Shown piece by piece: positions 17,922 to 28,592 of a stretch of 64,000 nt of DNA. Below the pieces are notes generated by a model, which did not search any database, was not told where the DNA came from, and saw only the letters and a program-made list of their open reading frames with translations. Origin of the DNA: an uncultured Desulfosarcina sp. (GTDB lineage Bacteria; Desulfobacterota; Desulfobacteria; Desulfobacterales; Desulfosarcinaceae); contig CAXXWQ010000004.1 of NCBI GenBank assembly GCA_963674945.2, forward strand, positions 2,528,001 through 2,592,000. Direction: 5' to 3'. A program made the translations under genes and the position numbers. Each line of letters starts with the position of its first letter. Within the stretch, counting starts at the first letter, position 1.

Positions 17922-18725
17922 CTCTTCCGAATGGAAACTGCGGATAATATACCCGCCCGATTTCTCGTCCGGCTCCAGTTCCATGAGGCCGCGGCTCGCC
18001 GCCTCATCCAGAAGGTGCTTGAAAGACCGGAATCCATAATAGGACTCGTTAAATCCCGGCCGTCTGCGCTTGAGGGTCTGTTTCACCATGGAACCCCATA
18101 TCAGGTCTCCCGCCCCCCGCTCTTCGGCAAGAGCTTCCAGTGTCTCCATCACCAGATCCAGGGCGTCCTCTTTGGCGCCTGTTTCGGTCACCGTGCTCTT
18201 GGGCTCCTTTGGCGCGGGTTTGCGAGGCGGTTTCTTGGCCTTTTTCTTCTTTCGGACCAGGTCGTCGTAGTAGATGAACTCGTCGCAGTTGGCGATCAGC
18301 AGATCGGAGCTTGAGTTCTTCACCCCCACGCCGATAACATGTTTGTTGTTTTCCCGGAGCTTGCTGACCAGGGGCGAGAAGTCCGAATCGCCGCTGATCA
18401 CGACGAAGGTGTCTACGTGAGACTTGGTGTAGCAAAGGTCCAGAGCGTCGACAACCATGCGGATGTCCGCGGAATTCTTGCCGGACTGGCGGACGTGGGG
18501 GATCTCGATGAGTTCGAAGGCTGCTTCGTGCATGACCGATTTGAACTCCTTGTACCGTTCCCAGTCACAGTACGCTTTCTTGACCACGATGCTGCCCTTG
18601 AGCAAAAGACGTTCCAAAACCTTGTTGATGTCGAACTGTGCATAATGGGCTTCCCGAACCCCCAGGGCGACATTTTCGAAATCACAAAATACGGCCAGGT
18701 TGGTCGTTTCCAGTGTCTTGCTCAT
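17919..18725 (-). CDS. NYN (LabA/DUF88) domain protein with C-terminal OST-HTH/LOTUS domain
   Basis: FCDFENV, KNSADIRMVVDA, SGDSDF and FNESYYGFRSF motifs. ATG 18725 with AGGAG upstream. Confidence 0.92.
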   Translation of the reverse strand: MSKTLETTNLAVFCDFENVALGVREAHYAQFDINKVLERLLLKGSIVVKKAYCDWERYKEFKSVMHEAAFELIEIPHVRQSGKNSADIRMVVDALDLCYTKSHVDTFVVISGDSDFSPLVSKLRENNKHVIGVGVKNSSSDLLIANCDEFIYYDDLVRKKKKAKKPPRKPAPKEPKSTVTETGAKEDALDLVMETLEALAEERGAGDLIWGSMVKQTLKRRRPGFNESYYGFRSFKHLLDEAASRGLMELEPDEKSGGYIIRSFHSEE

Positions 18726-18981
18726 ACTCTCCTTTTTTCGGTCGTAGGCGCTTTTTTGGGATATTGATATGAAAACCCTTTGGATCATTACAGGAAATTC
18801 GATGTTTGATCATACCCGGAATTGGCAAAAAAGCAAACCTTTCCTGTTTTGTATTTATCGACAGAAACGCTTTTATCGGGCTTTTACCAAGGTCGGCACG
18901 GATATTATTGACAGCCGCAACGATTCGACCCAAAATATTTCCTGAACCGGGCGTTTCAGAGTTTCAGGCATTTTTCATGCC

Positions 18982-21711
18982 GTGCAGGCCCCGTTTGCAC
19001 AACCACCAGTTGAAAGGACCAAGTTCATGCGTCGGGAAGCTGACGATGCCGTTGCCAGAGCGATTGCACAAGAGAACCGGGAGTGGATCGAGAGCCTCGA
19101 TTATGTCTATGAAAGCCAGGGGGCAAAACGGGTGCTGGAACTTCTGCGACACCTTCAGGTTCGCGCCCAGCAACACGGCATCCATGCCCCTTTTTCCGCC
19201 AACACCCCATACATCAACACCATTTCCGCCCGCCACCAACCCGTCTTCCCCGGCAGCAGGGAGATCGAACGGCGCATCAAAAGCATCATCCGTTGGAATG
19301 CCATGGCCATGGTGGTCCGCGCCAACCGTCATAGTTCCGGGATCGGCGGCCATATCTCCACCTTTGCCTCATGTGCGACCTTGTACGAGGTGGGCTTCAA
19401 TCACTTTTTTCGGGCAAAGAGCACCGGCCACCCCGGAGACATGGTCTTTTTCCAGGGGCATGCGGCACCGGGAATCTATGCCCGCGCCTTTTTGGAAGGG
19501 CGCATCACCGAAACCCAGATGGAAAATTTCCGCCGGGAACTGGCTGCGGGCGGGGGCCTGAGCAGCTATCCCCACCCCTGTCTCATGCCCGAATTCTGGC
19601 AGTTTCCCACCGTTTCCATGGGCCTTTCGCCCATCATGGCCATCTATCAGGCCCGGTTCAACCGCTACATGGAGGATCGTTGGATCAAACCCCCCGATGA
19701 CCGCCGGGTGTGGGCCTTTTTGGGAGACGGCGAAACCGATGAACCGGAGTCCTTAGGGGCAATTACCCTAGCGGCCCGGGAACGGCTGGACAATCTGATT
19801 TTCGTGATCAACTGCAACCTTCAGCGATTGGACGGGCCGGTACGGGGCAACGGCAAAATCATTCAGGAACTGGAAGCGGCCTTTCGCGGTGCCGGCTGGC
19901 ACGTGATCAAAGTGATTTGGGGGGACGACTGGGACCCGCTTTTGGCCCAGGACCACCAGGGATTGTTGGTCAAACGAATGGAGGAAGTGCCCGACGGCCA
20001 ATATCAGATGTATTCGGTGGCCGGCGGGGAATACATCCGCCGGGATTTTTTCGGGAAGACCCCCGAATTGGCCCGCATGGTGGAAGGGTACAGCAACGAG
20101 CAACTCCGGAAATTGCGAAGGGGCGGTCACGATCCGCAAAAGGTCTATGCGGCCTTTCAGGCGGCCGTGGAACATAAGGGATCGCCGACGGTCATCCTGG
20201 CAAAGACCATCAAGGGCTATGGTCTGGGAGAGGCGGGAGAGGGCCGCAACGTCACACACCAGCAGAAGAAACTCAATGAAGAGGAGCTTCGCCATTTCCG
20301 AAGCCGTTTCGGCATCCCCATTCCCGACGATCAGATCCAACAGGCCCCTTTCTATCGACCAGATGAGGATAGCGAAGAGATCCGGTACCTGAAGGCCAGG
20401 CGAAAGGATCTGGGCGGTTATCTGCCGTCCCGCAGCGTCTCCGTTCCCATCTTTCGCCCGCCATCGAAAAGCCTGTACGAAGATTTCCTGAAGGGATCCG
20501 ACGGCCGGGAGGTTGCCACGACCATGGTCATGGTCTCCCTTTTGGGAAAGCTTCTTTCCGACAAGAAACTGGGAAGCAGTATCGTCCCTATCGTTCCCGA
20601 CGAAGCACGAACCTTCGGCATGGAGAGCCTGTTTCGAAAATTCGGTATCTATTCCCATGTTGGCCAGAATTACGAACCGGTGGATCGCAGCAGTCTTCTC
20701 TATTATAAGGAGGCCGTCGACGGCCAGATTCTGGAAGAAGGGATCACCGAATGCGGATCCATGGCCTCGTTCATCGCCGCCGGCACCGCCTATTCCACCT
20801 TCGATATCAACATGGTGCCCTTCTTCTTTTTCTACTCCATGTTCGGATTCCAGCGTATCGGCGACTTGATCTGGGCCGCCGGAGACATCCAGGCAAGGGG
20901 CTTTCTGCTGGGGGCCACATCCGGGCGTACAACACTGGCAGGCGAAGGACTTCAACACCAGGACGGCAACAGCCACATCCTCGCCCTTCCCAATCCTTCG
21001 GTGCTGGCCTATGATCCGGCATTTGCCTTCGAGATCGCCGTCATCGTGCGCGAAGGGCTTCGCCGAATGTTGGAAGTGGGAGAAAACCTGGTCTACTACC
21101 TCACCATCACCAACGAATTTTATGCAATGCCCCCCATGCCCGAAGGCGTGGAAGAGGAAATCGTAAAAGGCATCTACAAATTTTCCCCGTCGGCACTGGA
21201 AAACCCCGCGGCCAAGGCACACCTTTTGGGAAGCGGCGCCATTTTCAACGAATGCATCAAGGCACGAGAAATTTTAGAAAAAGAATATGACATCGCCTGC
21301 GACCTGTGGAGTGTCACCAGCTACAAGAACCTCTACTGGGATGCCCAGGACACCGATCGTACCAATCGGCTCAACCCTGAGATAAAACCCCGACAATCCT
21401 TTTTGCAGCGACAGACCGCCGTTGAATCCGGCGTATTCGTGTTGGCCTGCGACTATATCAAGGCCCTTGCCGAAACCATCGTCCGCCATCTGCCCGGACC
21501 GGTGACCGTGCTGGGCACCGATGGCTATGGACGAAGCGAGACGCGAAGTACCCTTCGGGATTTTTTCGAAGTGGATGCCAGACACATCGCCTTTGCCGCA
21601 TTGTCCGCCCTGGCCAAAGAGGGAACCGTTTCAATGGAGACGGTAACAAAGGCCAGAACCCGGCTGAAGATCGACCCCCATCGCCAAAACCCCTTGTTCT
21701 TGCAGCAATAG
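18982..21711 (+). CDS. aceE: Pyruvate dehydrogenase E1, homodimeric type
   Basis: GGHISTFAS, QGHAAPG, FPTVSMGL, GDGETDE and GEGLQHQDG motifs; start could be 19027. Confidence 0.96.
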   Translation: MQAPFAQPPVERTKFMRREADDAVARAIAQENREWIESLDYVYESQGAKRVLELLRHLQVRAQQHGIHAPFSANTPYINTISARHQPVFPGSREIERRIKSIIRWNAMAMVVRANRHSSGIGGHISTFASCATLYEVGFNHFFRAKSTGHPGDMVFFQGHAAPGIYARAFLEGRITETQMENFRRELAAGGGLSSYPHPCLMPEFWQFPTVSMGLSPIMAIYQARFNRYMEDRWIKPPDDRRVWAFLGDGETDEPESLGAITLAARERLDNLIFVINCNLQRLDGPVRGNGKIIQELEAAFRGAGWHVIKVIWGDDWDPLLAQDHQGLLVKRMEEVPDGQYQMYSVAGGEYIRRDFFGKTPELARMVEGYSNEQLRKLRRGGHDPQKVYAAFQAAVEHKGSPTVILAKTIKGYGLGEAGEGRNVTHQQKKLNEEELRHFRSRFGIPIPDDQIQQAPFYRPDEDSEEIRYLKARRKDLGGYLPSRSVSVPIFRPPSKSLYEDFLKGSDGREVATTMVMVSLLGKLLSDKKLGSSIVPIVPDEARTFGMESLFRKFGIYSHVGQNYEPVDRSSLLYYKEAVDGQILEEGITECGSMASFIAAGTAYSTFDINMVPFFFFYSMFGFQRIGDLIWAAGDIQARGFLLGATSGRTTLAGEGLQHQDGNSHILALPNPSVLAYDPAFAFEIAVIVREGLRRMLEVGENLVYYLTITNEFYAMPPMPEGVEEEIVKGIYKFSPSALENPAAKAHLLGSGAIFNECIKAREILEKEYDIACDLWSVTSYKNLYWDAQDTDRTNRLNPEIKPRQSFLQRQTAVESGVFVLACDYIKALAETIVRHLPGPVTVLGTDGYGRSETRSTLRDFFEVDARHIAFAALSALAKEGTVSMETVTKARTRLKIDPHRQNPLFLQQ

Positions 21712-21721
21712 GAGATATTTC

Positions 21722-23026
21722 ATGATCAGAGAGATCAAAATACCGGAAATCGGAGAGAATGTGAAATCGGGTGTGGTTGTGGCCGTTCATATCAGAGTCG
21801 ACGATACGATTGACGTGGATGATACGATCATCGAGCTGGAGACGGACAAGGCGTTGGTTGAAATCCCATCCCCATTTGCCGGAAAAGTGACGCAGATTCT
21901 GGCAGAAGCGGGCAGTGAGATGAAGGTCGGGGAGGTTATCGCACGGGTGGATCTGGCATCCGAAAATGAATCGACCACCGAAACCGGTAGCGATGAAACG
22001 AAAGCGGAACCGGAAAAAGAGGCCAAGCGGGAAGCACCCCCATCAACATTCAGCGATAACGAGGAGGGGGGAAAGAAAAAAAGTGATCTTTCAACACCGG
22101 ATACAGGATCCGAAACACAAACGCCCCCGGACAATAAACCCGTACCCGCCTCACCCTCCATCCGCAGGCTGGCCAGGGAGTTCGGTGTAAATCTGAACGG
22201 CGTCACCGGCACCGGAAGCGGCGGTCGAATCACCGAAGAGGACGTTCGATCCCATGTGCGGGAACGATTGGAAGCCGAACCCCAAGGAGGCGTTCAAGCG
22301 CCGCCGCTTCCAGATTTCACTCAGTACGGTGACGTGGAAATCATGGAGATGGGGATGGTACGAAGGCTGACGGCCCAGCGTACCGCCACTTCCTGGGAGA
22401 CGATCCCCCATGTCACCCAGTTTGACGAGGCCGACGTCACCGATGTCTTGTCATTCATAGAAAAATATGGGAAACGGGCCGAAAATGCCGGTGCCAAGAT
22501 GACGGTGATGACCATCGTCACCTGTATGTGTACCAGGGCACTCAGGCGGTTTCCGAAATTTAACGCCAGCATCGATACGGCCGGCAACCGCATCATTGTA
22601 AAAAAATACATCCACATCGGCATCGCCGTGGATACCCCCAGAGGATTGCTGGCACCGGTGATCCGGGATGCCGATCAAAAGAGCATTGTCGAACTGGCCG
22701 TCTCCATCGCCGATCTGGCGTGGCGGGCGCGAAGCAAGAAGATCAAACCGGACGAGATGAAAGGCGGTACGTTCAGCATCTCGAATCAGGGCGGCATCGG
22801 CGGCGTAGGATTCACACCCATCGTGTTGTGGCCCCAGGTGGCCACTCTCGGGATGAGTCGCACCGCCGTCAAGCCTGTTTACATGAACGATGGTTTCCAG
22901 CCGCGAACCATTCTTCCCCTGTCCCTCTCATACGACCACCGCATCATCGACGGGGCCGATGCAGCCCGTTTTCTTCGCTGGATCTGTGACGGACTGGAAG
23001 ACCCCATGACCCTCTTCTTGGAGTAA
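21722..23026 (+). CDS. aceF: Dihydrolipoamide acetyltransferase E2 (single lipoyl domain)
   Basis: LETDKA lipoyl site, ASPSIRRLARE and YDHRIIDGADAARF. Confidence 0.95.
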   Translation: MIREIKIPEIGENVKSGVVVAVHIRVDDTIDVDDTIIELETDKALVEIPSPFAGKVTQILAEAGSEMKVGEVIARVDLASENESTTETGSDETKAEPEKEAKREAPPSTFSDNEEGGKKKSDLSTPDTGSETQTPPDNKPVPASPSIRRLAREFGVNLNGVTGTGSGGRITEEDVRSHVRERLEAEPQGGVQAPPLPDFTQYGDVEIMEMGMVRRLTAQRTATSWETIPHVTQFDEADVTDVLSFIEKYGKRAENAGAKMTVMTIVTCMCTRALRRFPKFNASIDTAGNRIIVKKYIHIGIAVDTPRGLLAPVIRDADQKSIVELAVSIADLAWRARSKKIKPDEMKGGTFSISNQGGIGGVGFTPIVLWPQVATLGMSRTAVKPVYMNDGFQPRTILPLSLSYDHRIIDGADAARFLRWICDGLEDPMTLFLE

Positions 23027-23028
23027 AA

Positions 23029-24459
23029 ATGACCGAAAACCGAACCCCTTTGGCTGTTATCGGCGCCGGTCCCGGCGGTTACGCGGCGGCATTTCTTGCG
23101 GCCGATATGGGCATGTCCGTCACCCTGATCGATCCGGAAAAGACCCCCGGCGGGGTTTGCCTGCACCGTGGATGCATTCCCTCCAAAGCCCTTCTGCATG
23201 TGGCCCGGCATATTACCGAAACCAAGGAGGCCGGTTCCTGGGGCGTCTTCTACGACAACCCAAAAATCGACCTCGATCTCATGCGAAAATGGAAAGCCAA
23301 CATCGTAATCAGCCTCACCGACGGATTGAAGAGACTGGTCGACCAGCGAAAGATCGATTATGTCAGGGCGAAAGCCGCTTTCCTGGATGAAAAGACCCTT
23401 GCACTCGCGGACGAGGCGGGAAATACCGGCACGCTCACCTTTGAACACGCCATCATTGCGACGGGATCTTCCACTACCAGACTCCCCATCTTCGCCGACG
23501 ACACGGAACGGATCTGGTACTCGAAGCATGCCCTCGATCTGAGAATGATTCCCGATTCACTGCTGGTGGTGGGGGGGGGCTACATCGGCCTCGAGCTGGC
23601 AAGTGTGTATGCGGCATTGGGATCGCGGGTAAGCGTCGTGGAGATGCTTCCCAACCTTCTCTCCGGCGTAGACAGGGATCTGGTTCGATTTTTGTCCAAA
23701 CGCCTGACCGATCGTTTCGACAAAATCCTTGTCAACACGACGGTGGAAAAGGCTGAAATCCGGGAACACGGGGTTAGGATCACCTTTCAGGAAAGGGACA
23801 AAGCGCCCGTTGATCAAACCTTCCAGAGGATTCTCGTGGCTGTGGGCCGCAGTCCCAATACCGCCGAGCTTGGACTTGACAAGGCAAAAGTGATGGTGGA
23901 TAAAGCCGGCTTCATCCATACCGATGATCAATGCCGGACCGCATCACGGCGTATATTTGCCGTTGGTGATGTGGCCGGCCAGCCCATGCTGGCCCACAAG
24001 GCGTCCTATGAGGCACGCATCGCAGTGGAAACCATCGCCGGGAAGAATGTGATCGCCGACCCCGTGGCCATTCCGGCAGTGGTCTTCACCGATCCGGAAA
24101 TCGCCTGGGCCGGCTTCACCGAAAACAAGGCCAAGGAAAAAGGTGTGAGCGCAGAAATCATTCGCTACCCATGGGCGGCTTCGGGGCGTGCCGTTGCAAC
24201 GGGAAAAAGTGATGGGCTCACCAAATTGCTGATCGACCCGAAAACACAGCGGTTGATCGGTGCCGGCATCGTCGGTTCGGGTGCCGGGGAGTTGATCGCC
24301 GAAGCGACTCTGGGCATGGAGATGGGAGCCAATGCCGCGGACCTGGGGTTGACCATTCACCCTCATCCCACCTTGTCTGAGACACTCAAAGAAGCTGCCG
24401 ACGTTTACCACGGAATCGCCACCCATTTTTATCGCCCCAAACGTAAGAAAAAAGAATAG
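23029..24459 (+). CDS. lpdA: Dihydrolipoamide dehydrogenase
   Basis: GAGPGG, GGVCLHRGCIPSK and HPHPTLSE motifs. Confidence 0.96.
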   Translation: MTENRTPLAVIGAGPGGYAAAFLAADMGMSVTLIDPEKTPGGVCLHRGCIPSKALLHVARHITETKEAGSWGVFYDNPKIDLDLMRKWKANIVISLTDGLKRLVDQRKIDYVRAKAAFLDEKTLALADEAGNTGTLTFEHAIIATGSSTTRLPIFADDTERIWYSKHALDLRMIPDSLLVVGGGYIGLELASVYAALGSRVSVVEMLPNLLSGVDRDLVRFLSKRLTDRFDKILVNTTVEKAEIREHGVRITFQERDKAPVDQTFQRILVAVGRSPNTAELGLDKAKVMVDKAGFIHTDDQCRTASRRIFAVGDVAGQPMLAHKASYEARIAVETIAGKNVIADPVAIPAVVFTDPEIAWAGFTENKAKEKGVSAEIIRYPWAASGRAVATGKSDGLTKLLIDPKTQRLIGAGIVGSGAGELIAEATLGMEMGANAADLGLTIHPHPTLSETLKEAADVYHGIATHFYRPKRKKKE

Positions 24460-24641
24460 TTAATGAAAAACGTTCATTATTTGCTTGCTTTTCTATTTCG
24501 AGGTGATATGTTTTGGGGATCATGAAAGCCTGCCGTGGTTGCCAGGCTGTTTTCTTTCCAAAGGCATCACCCATTTGTCAAATGGCGCCTGAAGATGGAA
24601 GCAATGATATTTTTTTTTATTATCCGTAGGAGGAAGTAAGT

Positions 24642-24842
24642 ATGGCAAATGGTATCGTGAAATGGTTTAACGACAGCAAGGGATTTGGATTTATCGAGCA
24701 GGAAGATGGTCCGGATGTATTCGTCCATCATTCCGCAATTAACGCAACGGGTTTCAGATCCCTTAACGAAGGTGACCGCGTCACTTTTGACATCGAACAA
24801 GGCCCCAAAGGACCGGCCGCATCCAACGTGACTGTGGTCTAA
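24642..24842 (+). CDS. Cold-shock protein (CspA family)
   Basis: [13 protein letters not shown] and DVFVHHSAI; strong AGGAGG RBS. Confidence 0.97.
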   Translation: MANGIVKWFNDSKGFGFIEQEDGPDVFVHHSAINATGFRSLNEGDRVTFDIEQGPKGPAASNVTVV

Positions 24843-24866
24843 AACGTCGTTAATTACGATAACCCG

Positions 24867-24902
24867 AGGGCATTTCGCATCACACGCGAAATGCCCTTTT
24901 TT
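24867..24902 (+). terminator. Intrinsic terminator after csp
   Basis: AGGGCATTTCGC / GCGAAATGCCCT stem followed by a T run. Confidence 0.88.
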
Positions 24903-24991
24903 ATCCCGATGACTCCCTGCACCTCTCTTGGATGTGGAAAAATCCCCCAACCTTTTTCAGTTTTTGGTGAATTATAGAAAGTCAGATTTCG

Positions 24992-25111
24992 GACGGCTTC
25001 GTAAAAAGTGTTTCCCTCGTTTTCGTCTATCTGCAAAAAAAGAATAACGAGTTTCTTGCATGCGATTGTTTGGCCATATTTGGCCTGGAAAAGCTTTTCG
25101 CGAAGCCGTCA
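24992..25111. mobile_element. Element with the same TIR family but an unrelated interior
   Basis: GACGGCTTCGTAAAAAGT (24992-25009) and GCTTTTCGCGAAGCCGTC (25093-25110); about 119 bp. Confidence 0.65.
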
Positions 25112-25606
25112 CTGCTCGAACCAGAAATGAATCGCCTCGGGAAACTTAAAATCAACCTTATACCCCGGCCCGATGACGCCTCTTTCGGTTAGAAGGATCT
25201 CTTTGTTCTTGATGGTAACCCCTTCTTGTTTCTCCATGAGGATATAGGTGCCATTGGAACTCGAATCGGTGAGATAATACATGCCATTTTTAAACTCGAT
25301 GACGGCATGGGTACGTGACACACGGCTGTTGATGACCTGAATGTCATTGCTTTTTTTGCGTCCGATCTCCACTCTGGCATTGGTTTCGTTTACGATGACG
25401 ACCACCTTGCCATATTTGAGTATGAGTCGGGATCTGGGTGATTTCTCTGTTTCCGGGGGAGACAACTCCTCGATGGCCTTGGCCCGTTCGCCGTAAAAAC
25501 GCAGAAAGTCACCACAGTTCTCGCATGCAATCTTCGGCGATGTTCCCTGGATGCGAGACGCATCGATCACATTCTTAAAACCACACTCTTCACAATAAAC
25601 AATCAT
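25109..25606 (-). CDS. Zinc-ribbon plus FHA domain protein
   Basis: CEECG...CENCG; FHA motifs IGR, VSRTHA, DSSSNGT. Confidence 0.88.
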   Translation of the reverse strand: MIVYCEECGFKNVIDASRIQGTSPKIACENCGDFLRFYGERAKAIEELSPPETEKSPRSRLILKYGKVVVIVNETNARVEIGRKKSNDIQVINSRVSRTHAVIEFKNGMYYLTDSSSNGTYILMEKQEGVTIKNKEILLTERGVIGPGYKVDFKFPEAIHFWFEQ

Positions 25607-25726
25607 CGTCTATCATCCATGCTTTTTTATGCAATCACATACGCAGTACCGTTTTGTAGTACCATTTTGGGTTGTTTGGATCAAATCTTAAATATTTAAT
25701 TCCAACAGGAAATTCCCATTCGTTTA

Positions 25727-28297
25727 TTATTCTCCCCCTCCTGATTTCGAACCATCCACCGTCAATTCGGGATGCAATGACTGGGCGATAAGTGCCGCAG
25801 CGTCGGCCTGTTCCTTCGCCTTGACCGCCCGGCGAACCGCTTTTTCCGCCGCCTGGTCCGCCTCTTCGAGGATTTCCATCATCGATTGCCGTTCCTCCAG
25901 GGGAACGGCACCGGAAACACCCTTTTCCTCCAACACCTTAATCCGTTCTTTTTGAATTTCCACGATTTCCTGGGCCTTGTGAACCTCCTTGAGGGCGATC
26001 TGTGCATTCTTCCGTGCGGCTTCCAGATCGTCGGCCACACGGGAAACCAGTGCAGGCAACCCTTCTTCGGGCTCAGCGTCCAGGTCGATATCCTCTGCGG
26101 CCATGACCACGGCCGAAATCGGCAACCGGGGAAGACTTCGTTCGAAGGAGTGTCCGGTGGGGTCCAGGATGCGGTTTTGCCCGATGGTCATGGGCAGAAA
26201 CACGAAGTCCGCATCGGCCGACTGCCCGACGATGGTTTTGGCATCGAAAATTTCGACGATCTGGATGGCGGCATCGATACGAACCCCATCCAAATGCTTT
26301 TTCAGGTTCGCTTCTTCCATTTCGACATCCCCTGCATTCCCTTGTGTCAGCACGCGAAGCGTTGCCCGATCCCATGGGGCGTCTCTGGTCATCAGATACG
26401 CGAGAAGCAGCATGAGGTGACCGGTGGCATTGCCTTGATACCACACATCGATTCGACGGGGGCCATCCGATTGCGAAAGTCGACTCCAGGTTTCCGCATC
26501 CGTATGGAAAAGCACCAGGTTTTTTCCCAGACGGAAAATGAGGTCTAAATTTTTCACGTAGTTGTAGGCACCGATTCCGCGCAGGGCGGATACGGATCCA
26601 CCGAACCAATTCGTTACCACGGTATTGGGGCGCAATGGGCCGAATCCTGAACTTTGAATGAGCGTACCCATGGTCTGGGTGGCGTCTTTGGAACAGATGG
26701 TCAGAGGGAACATGGGATGCCGACCGCGGGCGATATCCGCGGCCAGCTTTCGATGGGCTGAATCCGAATGGATTCTTGCGAGCGGACCATCTCCTTCGAT
26801 TACCTGCACCGCTTCGGCAAAACCGCTGTCTCCCTCGATCCAATCGGCAAATGTCAAAAGTGGCAACCGCCGATCCGAATCCCGGGTGAAGACCAATAAG
26901 TGGGGTCTCCAGTCCCTGGGATGGACGATCTCTTCTCCTGCTGCAAGCAGGTGTTTCCGGACCATCTGCATATGGTAGGACCGACTGGAGTCCGCCCATC
27001 GGGAAGGCCCCGCCGTTCGCTGTAGATACTGATATACGGCGAACAGCAGGGCAACGGCGACCACGCCGCTTTTGGGATCGATGGCCAGCATGGTTCCAGC
27101 GCAGATCAAAAATCCCAGCAGGCTCAACCGCGGGGAAAACCACTTGAACCGGGGTCGAAAAGATGGACTTTGGGTCCTGGCCTCGAAATAGGTGGCGTAA
27201 TTCAAAAGGCCGTAGGAGATCAGAAAGAACATGGAGACCACACTGGCGATCAGATTCAGCTTTCCCAGGGCGATGGTGACGAAGGCGATGCCGGCTGCCA
27301 GCAGAACACCCCGTCTCGGGTTTTTGGTTGGCCCACTGGTCCTGGCAAATGGTGCCAAAATGGAAAACACCTTGTCTGCGGCCAGAGATTGGAGGATTCG
27401 CGGCGCACCCATAAACGACGCCATGGCAGACGAGAGGGTCGCTGCGATCACGCCGGCATCGATGAAAAAACCCACCGCGGAGACCCTTTTCATGGCGCCA
27501 TAATCCGAAGACAAGACGTCATTGGGCGTTGTTGCGGCAAACAGGATCGAAACACCAAAATATACAAAAATCGATACCCCCACTGCCAAAAAGGTCCCCA
27601 CGGGAATACTTCTTCCGGGTTCGGCAAGATCTCCGGACATGCTCACGCCCTGGGTAAAACCGGTGACGGCGGGAAAAAAAATGGCAAAAAGCACCCAAAA
27701 CGGAGCGCCGCTTTCCGGCGCAGCCCAGTTGGCGGCAAGAAGCGCACTGTCCCAATGGCGAATGCCGCCGATGCAAAAGGAGAGAAGGGCAAGGATCAAA
27801 AGGGCCATGACACCGAACTGGAAACGGGTAGCCCAGTCCGCCCCTTTCCAGGCAAAAATCAGGAGAAGAGCGACGGCCCCTGCGGCAATGGCCTGTACCG
27901 CAAAGTGATCCGCCGGGGAAAAGAAGGCGGCCACGGCTTCGGCAAACCCGATGCAGTAGAAGGCAATGGAGACACTCTGGGCCAAAAACAGGACCAAACC
28001 GATGGCCCCGCCAAACGCCACACCGAGGGTTCGGGAAATGAGGTAGTAGTCGCCTCCTCCCTTTACCTTCAGATTGGTTGCCACGGCGGATAAGGAGATA
28101 CTCGTCAGCACACTGATGGCGTTGGCAAGTGCGACGATGACCAATCCGTTTGCCAACCCGGCGCTGCCGACCACATACCCAAGCCGCAGAAACAGGATGA
28201 TCCCCAAAATGGTGAGAACGCTGGGTGTGAAAACGCCGGCAAAGGTACCCAATTTACCGGTTGAAGGGGTGTTGTTGCTGGAAATGGGTTTTTGCAT
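25727..28297 (-). CDS. Amino acid permease / SLC12 cation-chloride cotransporter-like protein
   Basis: GVFTPS..TILG.ILFLR, GGDYYLISR.LG, FFPAVTG, WRP motifs and a C-terminal cytosolic domain. Start may extend to 28435. Confidence 0.88.
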   Translation of the reverse strand: MQKPISSNNTPSTGKLGTFAGVFTPSVLTILGIILFLRLGYVVGSAGLANGLVIVALANAISVLTSISLSAVATNLKVKGGGDYYLISRTLGVAFGGAIGLVLFLAQSVSIAFYCIGFAEAVAAFFSPADHFAVQAIAAGAVALLLIFAWKGADWATRFQFGVMALLILALLSFCIGGIRHWDSALLAANWAAPESGAPFWVLFAIFFPAVTGFTQGVSMSGDLAEPGRSIPVGTFLAVGVSIFVYFGVSILFAATTPNDVLSSDYGAMKRVSAVGFFIDAGVIAATLSSAMASFMGAPRILQSLAADKVFSILAPFARTSGPTKNPRRGVLLAAGIAFVTIALGKLNLIASVVSMFFLISYGLLNYATYFEARTQSPSFRPRFKWFSPRLSLLGFLICAGTMLAIDPKSGVVAVALLFAVYQYLQRTAGPSRWADSSRSYHMQMVRKHLLAAGEEIVHPRDWRPHLLVFTRDSDRRLPLLTFADWIEGDSGFAEAVQVIEGDGPLARIHSDSAHRKLAADIARGRHPMFPLTICSKDATQTMGTLIQSSGFGPLRPNTVVTNWFGGSVSALRGIGAYNYVKNLDLIFRLGKNLVLFHTDAETWSRLSQSDGPRRIDVWYQGNATGHLMLLLAYLMTRDAPWDRATLRVLTQGNAGDVEMEEANLKKHLDGVRIDAAIQIVEIFDAKTIVGQSADADFVFLPMTIGQNRILDPTGHSFERSLPRLPISAVVMAAEDIDLDAEPEEGLPALVSRVADDLEAARKNAQIALKEVHKAQEIVEIQKERIKVLEEKGVSGAVPLEERQSMMEILEEADQAAEKAVRRAVKAKEQADAAALIAQSLHPELTVDGSKSGGGE

Positions 28298-28592
28298 TAT
28301 CGATTTTGATCCGTTGTTTGGCAAAGTATGCCGCACCAAATGGCTCACAATGGTCTGAAAAGGAGGTGGGGAAATTACCAACCCCCTGGTATCATAAGTT
28401 TGTTTGGCAATTCGGTCAATTGGAATATCCGCCACTCACATGGACGGGAGATGAATACGGCCCGCTACCCCGGTTTTTTGACGGCCGTGAAGATGGTTTA
28501 AGTTTTTTACAAGATGGCCGAAAAAAAGTCTGGAAGTCACTTTTTCATGCGGCGGGACAAAGAGACGCCGAAGCGATGCAATACCATAAAAT

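Noticed and set aside
19768..21222. 484-aa antisense ORF, and similar long shadow ORFs over the SLC12, RND and DUF748 genes
   Set aside because: They overlap well-supported genes, lack motifs and are expected from GC-rich codon bias.
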